The notes under the pieces: generated by a model
Seen by the model: the letters and a program-made list of their open reading frames with translations, nothing else
What the model was told of the DNA's origin: nothing
Database searches by the model: none
In this document: one piece after another, positions 47,216 through 57,681 of the stretch
Layout of the letters: every line of letters begins with the position of its first letter
Position numbering within the stretch: the first letter of the stretch is position 1
Source of the DNA: a virus
Reading direction: 5' to 3' (one strand)
Virus record (IMG/VR): IMGVR_UViG_3300033146_000244
Coordinates: 20,569 to 84,568 of that record
DNA: 64,000 bases
Translations under genes and position numbers: made by a program

Positions 47216-48478
47216 ATGATAGATGTAAGTAACGGTACTACTATATATGTACCAAAAGATATAGCACGTCAAGCTACTACAGTTATTGACGATAGTGCTG
47301 CTACATATATAGCTGATGGAGAAGTTGTTTTAGCTGACTTAGCTGGTGCTGTAGTAACTACTAATGCAATTACGTACACTGGTAAAGATAGAATGTGTAT
47401 TTACTTCAGAAAGGGAGAAAAAATATACAAGTCTGCACCATTGTCAGCAAAGAATTTGAAACATTATGGCGTTGAGGCGTTTAGTCCCACAGTGAATAAG
47501 GTAGTTTATTTAGGATATAATGGAGTGGACGGTGACTTAGAAGGAGGTGCTTATACAGCAGCTACTGACTATTTGGTTACTGTGCGGGATAAGGAATTGT
47601 TAGGACACATGTACGATGACTTTAGAAAAACAAAGGTAGGTAATTGGTACAGTGGTACTAATACAGCAGACCAGTCGTTGTTCGCAGCAGGATTGGCTCA
47701 CAGCCTAGTTATGAATTTTAGAGACTCTGTACATCAGACAAGTGCAGTAGAGATTTCTATGGTTAGTGCAGCAGCTAGTACAGCAGCAGGTTCTACAGTA
47801 GCATTGACTACTAATAACGCAGTGGCGGTAGCAACTGGAGCACATGGCTATACAGCTTGTGATTTCCTTAGATGCAATGCTAGTAAGACAACAGCTGTGT
47901 ATAAGATTAAAGAAGTTCAAGGTAACTTGATTATACTTGAAACACCTTTTCAAGGAGATAGTGTTACCCTTACACCTCAGAAACTTACTACTCCGACAAT
48001 AGAAGATTTTGGTATTAAGTTTGTAGGTAAGCGTGCTAAATTCGTAGCAGGTAAGTTTAACTTTGATTTGTCTAACTTTACTGTAGCAGTGGATAACTTT
48101 GATAATACATTGTTACGTACCGCTGTTGAAGCTGATGCAGGTAACGGTAATCCAGAACAAGTTATGGAGATTGAGTGGGAATTAGAGCAATATGAGGGTG
48201 TTGTTAGCAGACAAGACCACTTAGCAGCTGACAGAGCTTTATACACTGACTTGACTAAGTCTTATGATTTAGTATCGTTGTCCACAGCAGATACTATGCA
48301 CGGAGACGCTATAGCTGGCAGACCAGAGAGTCTCTATACAGTTATGATAGCTATACCCGTTGGAAGCACACAAGGAGACAGTACAACAGCATCACGGTCT
48401 TCAGGTATTGTTAGGTCGTTAGATGACTGGCTAACTGCTAATACACCTTCTACTTACACAGAAGTAAGTAAATTGTAG
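47216..48478 (+). CDS. Structural protein (auxiliary capsid-protein-like)
   Basis: 420 aa A/T-rich, G.G...V..IE motif, followed by a terminator; synteny. Confidence 0.6.
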   Translation: MIDVSNGTTIYVPKDIARQATTVIDDSAATYIADGEVVLADLAGAVVTTNAITYTGKDRMCIYFRKGEKIYKSAPLSAKNLKHYGVEAFSPTVNKVVYLGYNGVDGDLEGGAYTAATDYLVTVRDKELLGHMYDDFRKTKVGNWYSGTNTADQSLFAAGLAHSLVMNFRDSVHQTSAVEISMVSAAASTAAGSTVALTTNNAVAVATGAHGYTACDFLRCNASKTTAVYKIKEVQGNLIILETPFQGDSVTLTPQKLTTPTIEDFGIKFVGKRAKFVAGKFNFDLSNFTVAVDNFDNTLLRTAVEADAGNGNPEQVMEIEWELEQYEGVVSRQDHLAADRALYTDLTKSYDLVSLSTADTMHGDAIAGRPESLYTVMIAIPVGSTQGDSTTASRSSGIVRSLDDWLTANTPSTYTEVSKL

Positions 48479-48505
48479 TAAGATAGAGGTATAATAAATA
48501 TAAAT

Positions 48506-48540
48506 AGAAGGAGAACGGTTAATAGCAATGTTCTCCTTTT
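48506..48540 (+). terminator. Intrinsic terminator
   Basis: AGAAGGAGAAC-ggttaatagcaat-GTTCTCCTTTT. Confidence 0.75.
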
Positions 48541-48559
48541 ACTGTAATATAGATAATAT

Positions 48560-48931
48560 ATGAGTAAACAAACAAAGAGTAGAAATTATTTAGTAGAGGA
48601 TGCGGTATTAAGATTGGCTACCGTAGTAGATACTGGTGTAAATACAGCGATACCTAGAGTAGCCAGTGAGACTACACTAGAAACTGTTAGAGCTTTGATA
48701 GCAACTACTAATTCTACACTACTTAGTGGTGTAAGTGTTGTAAGTACAGATTTGTATAACCAAGTAGGGTATAGTCAAACCATATCGTACTACACGGGGG
48801 TAGTAGCGGGAAACCCTAGTGGGAATAAGAATGTATCTACAATAGTGTATGCAGATGGCGTAACGCCTGTTCTAACTAAGACATTTACTTATGATGCTTT
48901 AGACGATGTACTAACTATAATTAATACATAA
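48560..48931 (+). CDS. Putative structural protein
   Basis: 123-aa V/T-rich ORF. Confidence 0.55.
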   Translation: MSKQTKSRNYLVEDAVLRLATVVDTGVNTAIPRVASETTLETVRALIATTNSTLLSGVSVVSTDLYNQVGYSQTISYYTGVVAGNPSGNKNVSTIVYADGVTPVLTKTFTYDALDDVLTIINT

Positions 48932-50541
48932 TGGGGGCATTTAAAAATAAGGTAAATCCTTTGTTGGCTGTAGGAATACAGCAAGCAGTAAAAAGTGATG
49001 GAACAGGAGGAAAGGTACTGTTTAACGATGGTACATTTAAAAGTGTAGTAGCAAGTACTTATAGTTATAAGGGTGAAATTAACGTAGCAGCAAACTTCCC
49101 AGTAAGTGAAGCAGTAGTAGAGGGAGATTGGTACAGTATAGGAACTGCTGTAACAGATAATGATGTACTAAAGACTAATACAGGGTTATCTTTTGTAGTA
49201 GGAGAGGAGATATACTGGAATGGTACTACATGGGGTAATTACGGTGTACTGGGTTTACACCCTGATAGTATAATACAGGATACAGATGGTGATACGTATA
49301 TCGCTGTAGAGAAGACAGTAGATAATGATAAGATAGTAGCACAAGCTAATAAAACTGGAAATGGTGTTATACAAGAATGGAGAGACGGTAATGGTGACGT
49401 TAAAGCACGAATGTTAGCAAACTCTACGCTAGCAGTAAACACGCTAGTTGGAAAGACAGTTCCGAGAATATACTTAAATAGCGACACACATTTAAGGTAT
49501 GGACGAAAAATAGTGTTTAATGTAGATGGCTCAGATAACGCTTCATTCTCATTAAAGGCTATGCTTTCTGGAGGAGTAATAACTGCGGAGAGATACACTA
49601 AATTCTACAATTGGGGACAGCTGCATGCGATGTTTGGGGCAGGTGTCCTGTTAGAGACTGCTGACAGGGGTAATGCTTTCAAAAACGTAGCTACGAACTT
49701 GATAGGTGCTCAGGGGAGTAATAGCGGGTATTATGGATACAGCTTAATTATACACGGAGGCTTAATTAACGGGAATGGTACAAATATTAATTATAAAGCA
49801 GGACACACTATAATAAGAGGAGGTAAAGGAATTAATAAGCAAGAAGGAGGTGCAACTGGTGGGAATCTATACCTAGATGGTGGTATAGCGGATTGCCCAA
49901 CAGGAACAGAAACAGTTGGAAGTATACTAATAGGGACATATAGAGGTAACACAGGCATTGGTAATACTGCTCCTACTGAAAAATTAGATGTAGCAGGCAC
50001 TACTAAATTACGAGGTATAAGAAGAAGTGTAGTTACAACAAGGTCAGATACAACACTTAGTAAAGATAATCATATAGTAGAAGTAGATGCTTCTGATAGG
50101 GCAGTTGAGATTGTATTACTAACACCAAATACAAGTAATGGTGGTCAAGAGTTCATACTTGATATATATGACGATACCAATATAGTAACTGTGATTGCTT
50201 TTGATGAGGTGGTACTAGATGTAAATACTATAACTAATACAGTAGGTGATACATGGAGATATACGTTTAATGGTACTCCAGACTTATCCAGTATAACTGT
50301 AGGTGATACTGTTAGAGTAAGTGCATCTGTTAATGTAGCTAATACTGGAGACTTTATTGTAACTGGTGTAGATGGTACAGCTGGTTACATAGAGGTTACA
50401 AATATACACGGTGTAGAGGAATTGACTGATTCTACAGGTGTGGTACAAGTAGCTGTATTTACAGATGACTCTTTTGTAGCTGGAGAAACTAGAACCTATG
50501 TGGCTTATGCACATAGAAACACTTATAAACGTATAAACTAA
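48931..50541 (+). CDS. Fibre/spike-like structural protein
   Basis: G/T/N-rich; IIQDTDGDT, G-rich turns, NTGIGNTAPTEKLDV repeat typical of Bacteroidota phage fibres. Confidence 0.65.
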   Translation: MGAFKNKVNPLLAVGIQQAVKSDGTGGKVLFNDGTFKSVVASTYSYKGEINVAANFPVSEAVVEGDWYSIGTAVTDNDVLKTNTGLSFVVGEEIYWNGTTWGNYGVLGLHPDSIIQDTDGDTYIAVEKTVDNDKIVAQANKTGNGVIQEWRDGNGDVKARMLANSTLAVNTLVGKTVPRIYLNSDTHLRYGRKIVFNVDGSDNASFSLKAMLSGGVITAERYTKFYNWGQLHAMFGAGVLLETADRGNAFKNVATNLIGAQGSNSGYYGYSLIIHGGLINGNGTNINYKAGHTIIRGGKGINKQEGGATGGNLYLDGGIADCPTGTETVGSILIGTYRGNTGIGNTAPTEKLDVAGTTKLRGIRRSVVTTRSDTTLSKDNHIVEVDASDRAVEIVLLTPNTSNGGQEFILDIYDDTNIVTVIAFDEVVLDVNTITNTVGDTWRYTFNGTPDLSSITVGDTVRVSASVNVANTGDFIVTGVDGTAGYIEVTNIHGVEELTDSTGVVQVAVFTDDSFVAGETRTYVAYAHRNTYKRIN

Positions 50542-50912
50542 TGATAAAAATAGTAGGTGGTAAAGTAGCATCTAATAATATACCAATAGATGAGGAGGTG
50601 TATATTAGAATAATTGAAGATAGGAGAGAGAGTGAGGCAGACCCTGATGACGAGTCTAAGATATACACTCATTTGAAGTATAGGGCTAGATTAAAGTCTC
50701 AATGGTTATTGCATGGCTTGAAGGCTAAAACAATCGTTATAGATGGTTTAGTAGATGAGGTAAGATTAAGTATAGACAAGGTTAGTTCTGTAGAAGTAGC
50801 AGATGCGGCTATAGGAGCTCATGTGTACGCTAATGACTTGTTTATAGAATATGTACTTACAGAGTCTGCTTTAAAGGATGTTCTAGTAGATACAGATATA
50901 ACTAGATTGTAA
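50541..50912 (+). CDS. Hypothetical protein
   Basis: 123-aa ORF, coupled to the previous gene. Confidence 0.55.
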   Translation: MIKIVGGKVASNNIPIDEEVYIRIIEDRRESEADPDDESKIYTHLKYRARLKSQWLLHGLKAKTIVIDGLVDEVRLSIDKVSSVEVADAAIGAHVYANDLFIEYVLTESALKDVLVDTDITRL

Positions 50913-50913
50913 T

Positions 50914-51942
50914 ATGGGGCTTATTAAGAAATATAGAGGGTTAAGATTGTTTAATAAGACTAGTGCAGTGTATAACGATGTACATGCACAATTAACTACT
51001 AGTAAGAGAGGGTTTGACAGAAGAGTTAATGTAGATTACATGGGAGAGCCTTCATATAGCGATGCTAAGAGGAGAACATTTGCAATATCACCTAAATCAG
51101 GGTTTGATTACTTTGAGTTCTGGTCTGGTGGTATTAGATATGAGAAGACTACTAAAGAGAGTTTAGCTTGTCCAGATGTTACTGGTACGTATTACTGGTA
51201 CTTTGATACTAGTGGTGACTTGCAAGTTGCTTTAAATGGTACTATCAGTGATAATACGTTTGTACTATCTGCTATATGTGGAATGGCTTACTACAATAAA
51301 GAAGCTGGTACATTTGAAGGAGCGGTAGATGAACAGCATGGAAACATTATGGACGGTGAGACACATCTGAATATGCACTTAACTAAGAAGTTTAGTTATG
51401 TTAGTGGTGGTGAGATAACAGGATTAGTAGATGGTGCTAGTGAATATGCAGGTATAAGTACAGGTACTCACATGGACGAAGACATACCAAATGTGAGTAT
51501 AGCAAGTATAAAGCACTCTTTTATGTACAGGTCTGGTGCTGGTGAGAGTACAGCTGGTTGGGTATTCACAACACCTGATAGTAATGTAGGGTATAAAGAT
51601 GGTGGTTCTAATGTAGTATTCAATGAATGGGACGGTAGTGCTTGGGTACTTACACAGAGTAGCTACTTAACTAACTACATTATATACTTGTTTGGTAAGA
51701 GTAACTTAGCTAAACATGCGTATGTGAAGGTTATAGGACAACAAGTGTATGTTAGTAGAGCTAATGCAAGAGCTGGTTTGCTTAATTCTTTAAAAGCAAT
51801 TAAACTACAAGGTTTTCCAAGTGCTGAGTTTGAGTGGCAGTGGGCGTATATATGTAAGAGAGATGGTACACTTGAAGATGATGGTAAGGGTAACCCATAC
51901 ATAGACTTAAGAGGTATTAAAATAGAGACATTAGATAATTAA
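50914..51942 (+). CDS. Putative structural/fibre-associated protein
   Basis: DEQHG.IMD..TH..MH, HMDEDI, IGQ..Y motifs; beta-rich. Confidence 0.55.
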   Translation: MGLIKKYRGLRLFNKTSAVYNDVHAQLTTSKRGFDRRVNVDYMGEPSYSDAKRRTFAISPKSGFDYFEFWSGGIRYEKTTKESLACPDVTGTYYWYFDTSGDLQVALNGTISDNTFVLSAICGMAYYNKEAGTFEGAVDEQHGNIMDGETHLNMHLTKKFSYVSGGEITGLVDGASEYAGISTGTHMDEDIPNVSIASIKHSFMYRSGAGESTAGWVFTTPDSNVGYKDGGSNVVFNEWDGSAWVLTQSSYLTNYIIYLFGKSNLAKHAYVKVIGQQVYVSRANARAGLLNSLKAIKLQGFPSAEFEWQWAYICKRDGTLEDDGKGNPYIDLRGIKIETLDN

Positions 51943-51954
51943 CAGGTATAACAA

Positions 51955-52620
51955 ATGAGAGAATATGTATATGAGTTTGCTACTACGATGTTACCAATAC
52001 TACTTGGTCTAGGAGTGGCACTTGCTAACAGACTGTGGTTAAAGTATAAGACTACACGATTTAAACTTACTGAGCACCCTATGTTTTTGGACTTGCTTGT
52101 AAGTAAAAGAAACATACATAATTGGGTATGTGCAGATAATAGGCATGTGTTTATAGACGCGCTGTCTATAAAGTTTGATTGCTGGAGAGTAGAGGGTAAG
52201 AAGTTAGCTCAGAAGTTACAGAAAGGAAACTACTCTGATAAGCAGTTATCTAATATAATTACTGAATGGGCGTTTAGTGTAATAGAGATGTACACAGATA
52301 GGTGGAAAGAAGTCGGGATACCCGATGAAGTAATAGATAGAATTACAGCTGTACACGAGGAGAAGGTAGAACAGTTATTTGAAGAGATAGTTAAGATAAC
52401 GCAAGATAATGATATGTACCCATTTAAAATGCAGAAAGCGATAGCTGTGTTTGGGATACTTAGAGTGTTATTAGCTGATACTAAAAATGATTTCAATAGG
52501 TTAGTATATAGAGAATTTTATAATGGTGATTTCACTGGTGTAGTATATAAGGGGTTACCTATTAGTGACGTAGCTTATAAAAAGTATAAAGAGGGTATGA
52601 TTAATAAATCCAGTAAGTAA
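51955..52620 (+). CDS. Membrane protein (single N-terminal TM; possibly lysis-related)
   Basis: MLPILLGLGVALA TM followed by a helical domain. Confidence 0.55.
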   Translation: MREYVYEFATTMLPILLGLGVALANRLWLKYKTTRFKLTEHPMFLDLLVSKRNIHNWVCADNRHVFIDALSIKFDCWRVEGKKLAQKLQKGNYSDKQLSNIITEWAFSVIEMYTDRWKEVGIPDEVIDRITAVHEEKVEQLFEEIVKITQDNDMYPFKMQKAIAVFGILRVLLADTKNDFNRLVYREFYNGDFTGVVYKGLPISDVAYKKYKEGMINKSSK

Positions 52621-53556
52621 ATGAGTAAGAGTATAAATATAGAACTGATACAGGACAAGTACACAAATTTTGTCCTGTATGACGGTTCTGATAGGTGTGA
52701 TAGCACAGTAGAGTGGGTAGAACCTAAAGATGTTACAGGCATTAGTGTTATATTTACTAGTGAATCAGATGCACTAGAAATAGACAGACATGTAGTTATT
52801 GATGACACACAGAGAGCTATAGTTCAAGGTACTGTAGATTTTTTAGGATTTGACTTTAGTGCATACTTAGCACATAGGAATATAGTAATTGAGCAGAACG
52901 GTGTGGTGTATGAGGTAGTTGTTACAGAGGATACAGCTAGCGCTAGTGATTTAGCTTCGTTGTTGCAGGCAGGTTTGGGAACTTCAATGGTAGTTACGGT
53001 TGAAGGAGATAAAATAAATATAAGGAGTACTTATTCCCCCAGTGTATATGGTGATAGAGCCCCCGATATTGAAGTACTAGGAGGCACACTACTTGAAATG
53101 ATTGGTATAGAAGTAGGTGTTTATCGTAGTAACTTCATTAATTGGGGTAGTACATTGCTAACAGCAGATGACTTGAGGTTTACTATCTATAAAGAGGACT
53201 TAAACTTCCCAGAGGGTATTCCGATAGGTAAGTGGGTAGTACAGACGATAGTATCGTATAATGATGGTACAACTTCAGTAGTAGTAGATGACTATGAAGA
53301 GTTCACTTACAAACAGATTGAACTTTACAGAGCTTCATATTTAGAAAATATTGCTAAGAAATTCAATGATTTTGACTTAATAGAACAACGTATGCAGACT
53401 TTAGATGAGTTAAGTATGAAATCCTTTATGACTTTTGATAGTGTCTATAAAGCAATGTTATCTGTAATTGAAGTGGGGAATAGTTTGCAAGTATCAAAAT
53501 TATTAGTATATTTGCAGAGCTATATAAAACTAAACAACATTACAAACGGTGAATAG
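52621..53556 (+). CDS. Putative tail hub protein
   Basis: Beta-rich N-terminus and helical C-terminus; position ahead of a small hub-like ORF and fibres. Confidence 0.5.
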   Translation: MSKSINIELIQDKYTNFVLYDGSDRCDSTVEWVEPKDVTGISVIFTSESDALEIDRHVVIDDTQRAIVQGTVDFLGFDFSAYLAHRNIVIEQNGVVYEVVVTEDTASASDLASLLQAGLGTSMVVTVEGDKINIRSTYSPSVYGDRAPDIEVLGGTLLEMIGIEVGVYRSNFINWGSTLLTADDLRFTIYKEDLNFPEGIPIGKWVVQTIVSYNDGTTSVVVDDYEEFTYKQIELYRASYLENIAKKFNDFDLIEQRMQTLDELSMKSFMTFDSVYKAMLSVIEVGNSLQVSKLLVYLQSYIKLNNITNGE

Positions 53557-53824
53557 GAGTTTATGGTCTTTAAATTACCTTAAAAGTAATCTAGCTTATG
53601 ACTATGGTGTGTATATAGAGAGCTATATAGATAAGATGACTATTGGTATTATTGACGTTAAACAGAGGACACTGATATATTTACTTCAATCATATGCGGA
53701 GTTAATTAACTTGTGGGATATAGATAATCCGTCATATAACTTGTTAGACTCAGCTGGTATGGTAAGTATATTAAGTGCGGTAAATAGAATATTAAATACA
53801 AATTACGACTATGAGTTTATTTAA
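53549..53824 (+). CDS. Small putative tail hub protein
   Basis: 91-aa helical ORF; synteny. Confidence 0.45.
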   Translation: MNRSLWSLNYLKSNLAYDYGVYIESYIDKMTIGIIDVKQRTLIYLLQSYAELINLWDIDNPSYNLLDSAGMVSILSAVNRILNTNYDYEFI

Positions 53825-55250
53825 AGTAAGACCGTTCAACCGTGATATATCTAGTAAGAAGTTAAATAAGGAGTTAAACTTTCAGTTTGATAGAGGGTGG
53901 TCTCCAGTATTAGTTCCTTATATAGATGGTACTAGGGTTGTACTAAGAATAAGTGAGTGGGTAGGTGGAGAAGGTGAACCACCATTCGCTATACTAACTA
54001 ACTACTACTTGTCGCTTACTGGGTACACAACTATAGCCAGTGAGGCAGTAGATATAGCAGAAGGGTATCTAAGCAGTTCGTACAAAGATGATATAATAGA
54101 TGCGACTACAGTTACTACTGAGCTGCTGGAAGATGAAGGAGATGGGATAAGATACTTCCGTATGTCGTATGATGACTTAGAAGGTAACAGTACTACCCTA
54201 ACAGATGTAGCTCTACTGCAAACAAAAACAGGTGTGGAAACGGGGGTTAGTCTTGATGACACATTAGGAATTACACTGGGGGGAGTAAAGTATCTTGTGG
54301 GTGAAAAAGCTAAGTGGCTAGTTATAGAGGACTGGATGTTAGCTGAAAGAGCAATAGACAGAGCAGCATCTCAAAACAGTGTGTACCTAGCGATAGAAGC
54401 AGCAAAGGCTAAGTTTGATGTACCTATAATAGACTTAGATAGTGGTATCATAAGGGATGTAGAACACATGAACGATGTAACACAACTGAACCCTTATTAT
54501 GCTATGGTAGGTAGTGATGATAGAATAGGTGGTATATACACTCCTGTATGTACAGAGGGTGCGGCATGTAGCTGTTCTGCCGATGGTGGTTATTCAGAGA
54601 TGGGAGATACAAGGGGTATTACTGGTTGTGTTTGTACTCTTGGAGTAGAGGAAGTAAATGCAGTATGTAGAGTAACTGTTACAACAGTTGGTAATATAGG
54701 TGATACTTATACAGCTTCTGTAGATGGTGTTCCTACGATGTGGTACACAGTAGTAGCAGGTGATACTATTACAGATGTTTTACAGGGTATGATTAACAGT
54801 TTACCGTCAGTATGTGGTGGTGGTAGTCCGATATGCACAGTAGGTAATATAACTGCTAATAGTTTTGATTTGACGGCTGTAGGAGGATTAGGTAGTGAGC
54901 CTAATGCTTGGGTGAAGACTTTTATTGTTACAGGCACATCGGCAGGTTCGTTCACAACAGTTACGGCAGGTGTAGATTTTATACCTACTACATACAGAGG
55001 TGTTAAAGGGCACTTGATAGCTTATGATGGTAACTCATGGTACGACTTTGGTGGTGCTTTAACTGGTGTAAGTAGAACATCCACCACTGTTATAAATAAT
55101 ACTGTTGTTAATACAGGTATAAAACATTATATAGAAGTACTGGATGATGTAGTAGTTGATAACTACTACCAGTATATAGTATATGAAAGTCTCACGGTAG
55201 ATGGTGTGTTTACACTTGATGGTGATGCAGAGTTAGTAATAATAATGTAA
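53811..55250 (+). CDS. Tail fibre-like protein
   Basis: GWSPVL...W.GGEG.PP motif; Cys/Gly/Thr-rich mid-region; Q..VY..LT.DG..TLDG C-terminus. Confidence 0.6.
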   Translation: MSLFKVRPFNRDISSKKLNKELNFQFDRGWSPVLVPYIDGTRVVLRISEWVGGEGEPPFAILTNYYLSLTGYTTIASEAVDIAEGYLSSSYKDDIIDATTVTTELLEDEGDGIRYFRMSYDDLEGNSTTLTDVALLQTKTGVETGVSLDDTLGITLGGVKYLVGEKAKWLVIEDWMLAERAIDRAASQNSVYLAIEAAKAKFDVPIIDLDSGIIRDVEHMNDVTQLNPYYAMVGSDDRIGGIYTPVCTEGAACSCSADGGYSEMGDTRGITGCVCTLGVEEVNAVCRVTVTTVGNIGDTYTASVDGVPTMWYTVVAGDTITDVLQGMINSLPSVCGGGSPICTVGNITANSFDLTAVGGLGSEPNAWVKTFIVTGTSAGSFTTVTAGVDFIPTTYRGVKGHLIAYDGNSWYDFGGALTGVSRTSTTVINNTVVNTGIKHYIEVLDDVVVDNYYQYIVYESLTVDGVFTLDGDAELVIIM

Positions 55251-55260
55251 TTATGAACAA

Positions 55261-55788
55261 ATGGCAAAAATAATATTAAAGGGTTCTGGTGAGCCTACTA
55301 ACCCAGAAGCTGGGCAGTACGTGTGGTGGATAGATAGTAGTACAGGAGTTATGAAGTATAAAGATAGCGCAGGTGCTATAACTGAAGTAACTAGTGGAAC
55401 AGACGGAGCAACAGGTGCAACCGGTGCAGACGGAGCTGATGGAATAGACGGAGTAAATGGAATAGATGGGATAAATGGAGTTGATGGAGACAGTATGTTT
55501 GAAGAGACGGTGCCAGCTAGTGTTACTGTTGATAACCCTGTAACTATAAGTCAGAAAGTATCTACTGAAGTACTAGTACCATCGTTATTTCAAATAGGTG
55601 ATGATACTACTGATACAACTGGTTGGGGAGCTGACCAAATAGGTAGAATGAGAGTCCGTATAACTTATAATGCTAACGGTCTTGTAAATACTTTATCTAT
55701 GTGGTCTATGGGGAGTAACGGTAGCACATCTAGTTATGGGTGGCATACAGTATATACTGGTCAAGATAATCAACCACCAACAGAATAG
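55261..55788 (+). CDS. Collagen-like fibre protein
   Basis: (G-X-Y)n run GTDGATGATGADGADGIDGVNGIDGINGVDGD. Confidence 0.75.
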   Translation: MAKIILKGSGEPTNPEAGQYVWWIDSSTGVMKYKDSAGAITEVTSGTDGATGATGADGADGIDGVNGIDGINGVDGDSMFEETVPASVTVDNPVTISQKVSTEVLVPSLFQIGDDTTDTTGWGADQIGRMRVRITYNANGLVNTLSMWSMGSNGSTSSYGWHTVYTGQDNQPPTE

Positions 55789-55791
55789 TAA

Positions 55792-56478
55792 ATGAAGTTA
55801 CCTAACATAATAGATGACTTGCTATTGATAATGACACATGCAAATACACCTCAAGCGCATAAAGTTAGGAAAGAGCAGATAAGGCAGTGGGTAAATAACC
55901 AAAGAGCTTTATGGCTAACTAACGAGTATAATAAAGGTAGGGAGGTTCGTAATAATGAAATGCAGATACTACACACTGTAGAATTAGAAGTTATTGATAG
56001 TAGTGAGTTATCTACTGTAATAGATAGTGAGACAAGGGTACTTAAATCAAAGTACCCTGTTCCACGTAATTTGCAATTGATGTTGAGAGATACTCTTATA
56101 AGTATTAGACCTCTTACGGTGATAGGGGAAAGGCTTAACTATGTAACAAGAGAGCAAGCTATATATAGTGGTAATGGTGTATTGAATGGTAAGTTCTTGT
56201 ACGCTTTTAAACATAATGACTATATATACGTGAAGTACGGAAAGCAAGCGGATAAGAGTGAGATTATTAAGAAAGTTAGTATAGAAGGTGTATTTGAAGA
56301 CCCTTTCACAGTAGATGTATTTAATAATACAGAGTATGCTATAATAGACGGTATAAATGAATACCCAGTTAGTATGCAGTTTGTGGAGTATATTAAAGGA
56401 CAAGTACTACAACAAGATTTTAATGCACTTATGCAAGTACCTAAAGATAATAAACCAAACGATGAGCAGGACAGTTGA
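55792..56478 (+). CDS. Tail ring protein
   Basis: QI..WV...RA.W...IEGVFEDP...EYP motifs of crAss ring proteins. Confidence 0.75.
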   Translation: MKLPNIIDDLLLIMTHANTPQAHKVRKEQIRQWVNNQRALWLTNEYNKGREVRNNEMQILHTVELEVIDSSELSTVIDSETRVLKSKYPVPRNLQLMLRDTLISIRPLTVIGERLNYVTREQAIYSGNGVLNGKFLYAFKHNDYIYVKYGKQADKSEIIKKVSIEGVFEDPFTVDVFNNTEYAIIDGINEYPVSMQFVEYIKGQVLQQDFNALMQVPKDNKPNDEQDS

Positions 56479-57055
56479 TGATTTAGATATAGGTATATCA
56501 AAAATGGGAGATACGTTCCGTAAGCGATATAATAAGATAGTAACACGTAAACAGCATTATGATATATTACGTGATATTAATAAGGTGCTAGCTGACCATA
56601 TAGTAGAAGGAAATAAATTGTACCTGCCCAAAGGGCTTGGTACAATCTATGTTACTAAATTCAGACCTAAGGATAGGTTTGTGACTGTAAATGGGAAGGT
56701 AATGGCTAAAGCAAATCAAGTAGACTTCGGTGCTACTAATAAGCTAAGAAGAGAGTTACAACCTACTTGGACTAATGCTGATTGGAAAAAGGTAGCTAAG
56801 GAGGACAGACCAATAATTATGTTAAATAATGACCACTCTGACGGATATAGATATACTATAACATGGGATAAGCATTATATAATGATACCAACCAGTAGGT
56901 ATTGGTCATTCAAGGGTGTACGTACTTTTACTAGGAGTTTAGCAAGTAGAATCAAAGGTAAAAATAAACCAACATACTATGAACAGAAGATTAGGATTGG
57001 ACGGACTGTTAGAGAGAGTAAAGAAGTTAGTTCCTCCAAGTTCGGAGATAAATAG
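56462..57055 (+). CDS. crAss IHF-like protein
   Basis: LP.GLG.I...VDFGAT.KL...N.HSDGYRY...W; likely start MSRTV at 56462. Confidence 0.7.
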   Translation: MSRTVDDLDIGISKMGDTFRKRYNKIVTRKQHYDILRDINKVLADHIVEGNKLYLPKGLGTIYVTKFRPKDRFVTVNGKVMAKANQVDFGATNKLRRELQPTWTNADWKKVAKEDRPIIMLNNDHSDGYRYTITWDKHYIMIPTSRYWSFKGVRTFTRSLASRIKGKNKPTYYEQKIRIGRTVRESKEVSSSKFGDK

Positions 57056-57677
57056 AGAAGACGTTGTAGAGCTTGTTTGGGAAGTTATACAAAAGATAGG
57101 TAGTGAGGTAGGATACGTTACTACTAGAGAGATAGTACATATCAGTAACTATGTTGCTATATTACCTGCATGGTTAGTAGAAGTGCACAATGTTAGGTTA
57201 ATTGATTTCAGTAATGAGTTAGTTACAGACGATATACACACTGTGGACTTATCAAAGTCAATACCGTTTGTGGATATAAGTGGTAGAAGTAAGCAACCAA
57301 GTACCACTAATTACGAATTACAGTATAAGAAGGAGGATAAACAATTACGTACAAATGTACAGATAGGTAATATTATTGTAGATTGTAAGAGCATACCACT
57401 AGACGAGTATGCTGAGCCTACTATAGTAGAGGAACCTTATTATATAGATGCAGTTGTATGGTATGTAGTGAAGAATATGATGTGGAGAGCAATGATGAGA
57501 AATCCTGCTAAATATCAATCTATCTTCCAAGTAGCTGATAGAAATTCACAGTTCTATATGAGGGCAGCTAATGCTAAACAACATATAGGAACAGAGGATA
57601 GTTTAAGAGGTATGAGAAATAAGTACTTAAAATTGCTACCTGATTTACATAGTAGGCAAACTAATATATATCAATAG
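56979..57677 (+). CDS. Tail ring/tubular protein (P22 gp4-like)
   Basis: I.NY...LP, IPLDE...P...Y..A..WY, Q.A...FY; immediately before the muzzle gene. Confidence 0.7.
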   Translation: MNRRLGLDGLLERVKKLVPPSSEINREDVVELVWEVIQKIGSEVGYVTTREIVHISNYVAILPAWLVEVHNVRLIDFSNELVTDDIHTVDLSKSIPFVDISGRSKQPSTTNYELQYKKEDKQLRTNVQIGNIIVDCKSIPLDEYAEPTIVEEPYYIDAVVWYVVKNMMWRAMMRNPAKYQSIFQVADRNSQFYMRAANAKQHIGTEDSLRGMRNKYLKLLPDLHSRQTNIYQ

Positions 57678-57681
57678 AGTA

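Noticed and set aside
42972-54283. GGAAACGGGGG preceding two motif copies (near 42973 and 54236)
   Set aside because: Only two cases, with different spacing and both encoding ETG; could be chance.
48931-55788. Diversity-generating retroelement or shufflon acting on fibre genes
   Set aside because: No reverse transcriptase, TR/VR pair or invertase is visible in the window.
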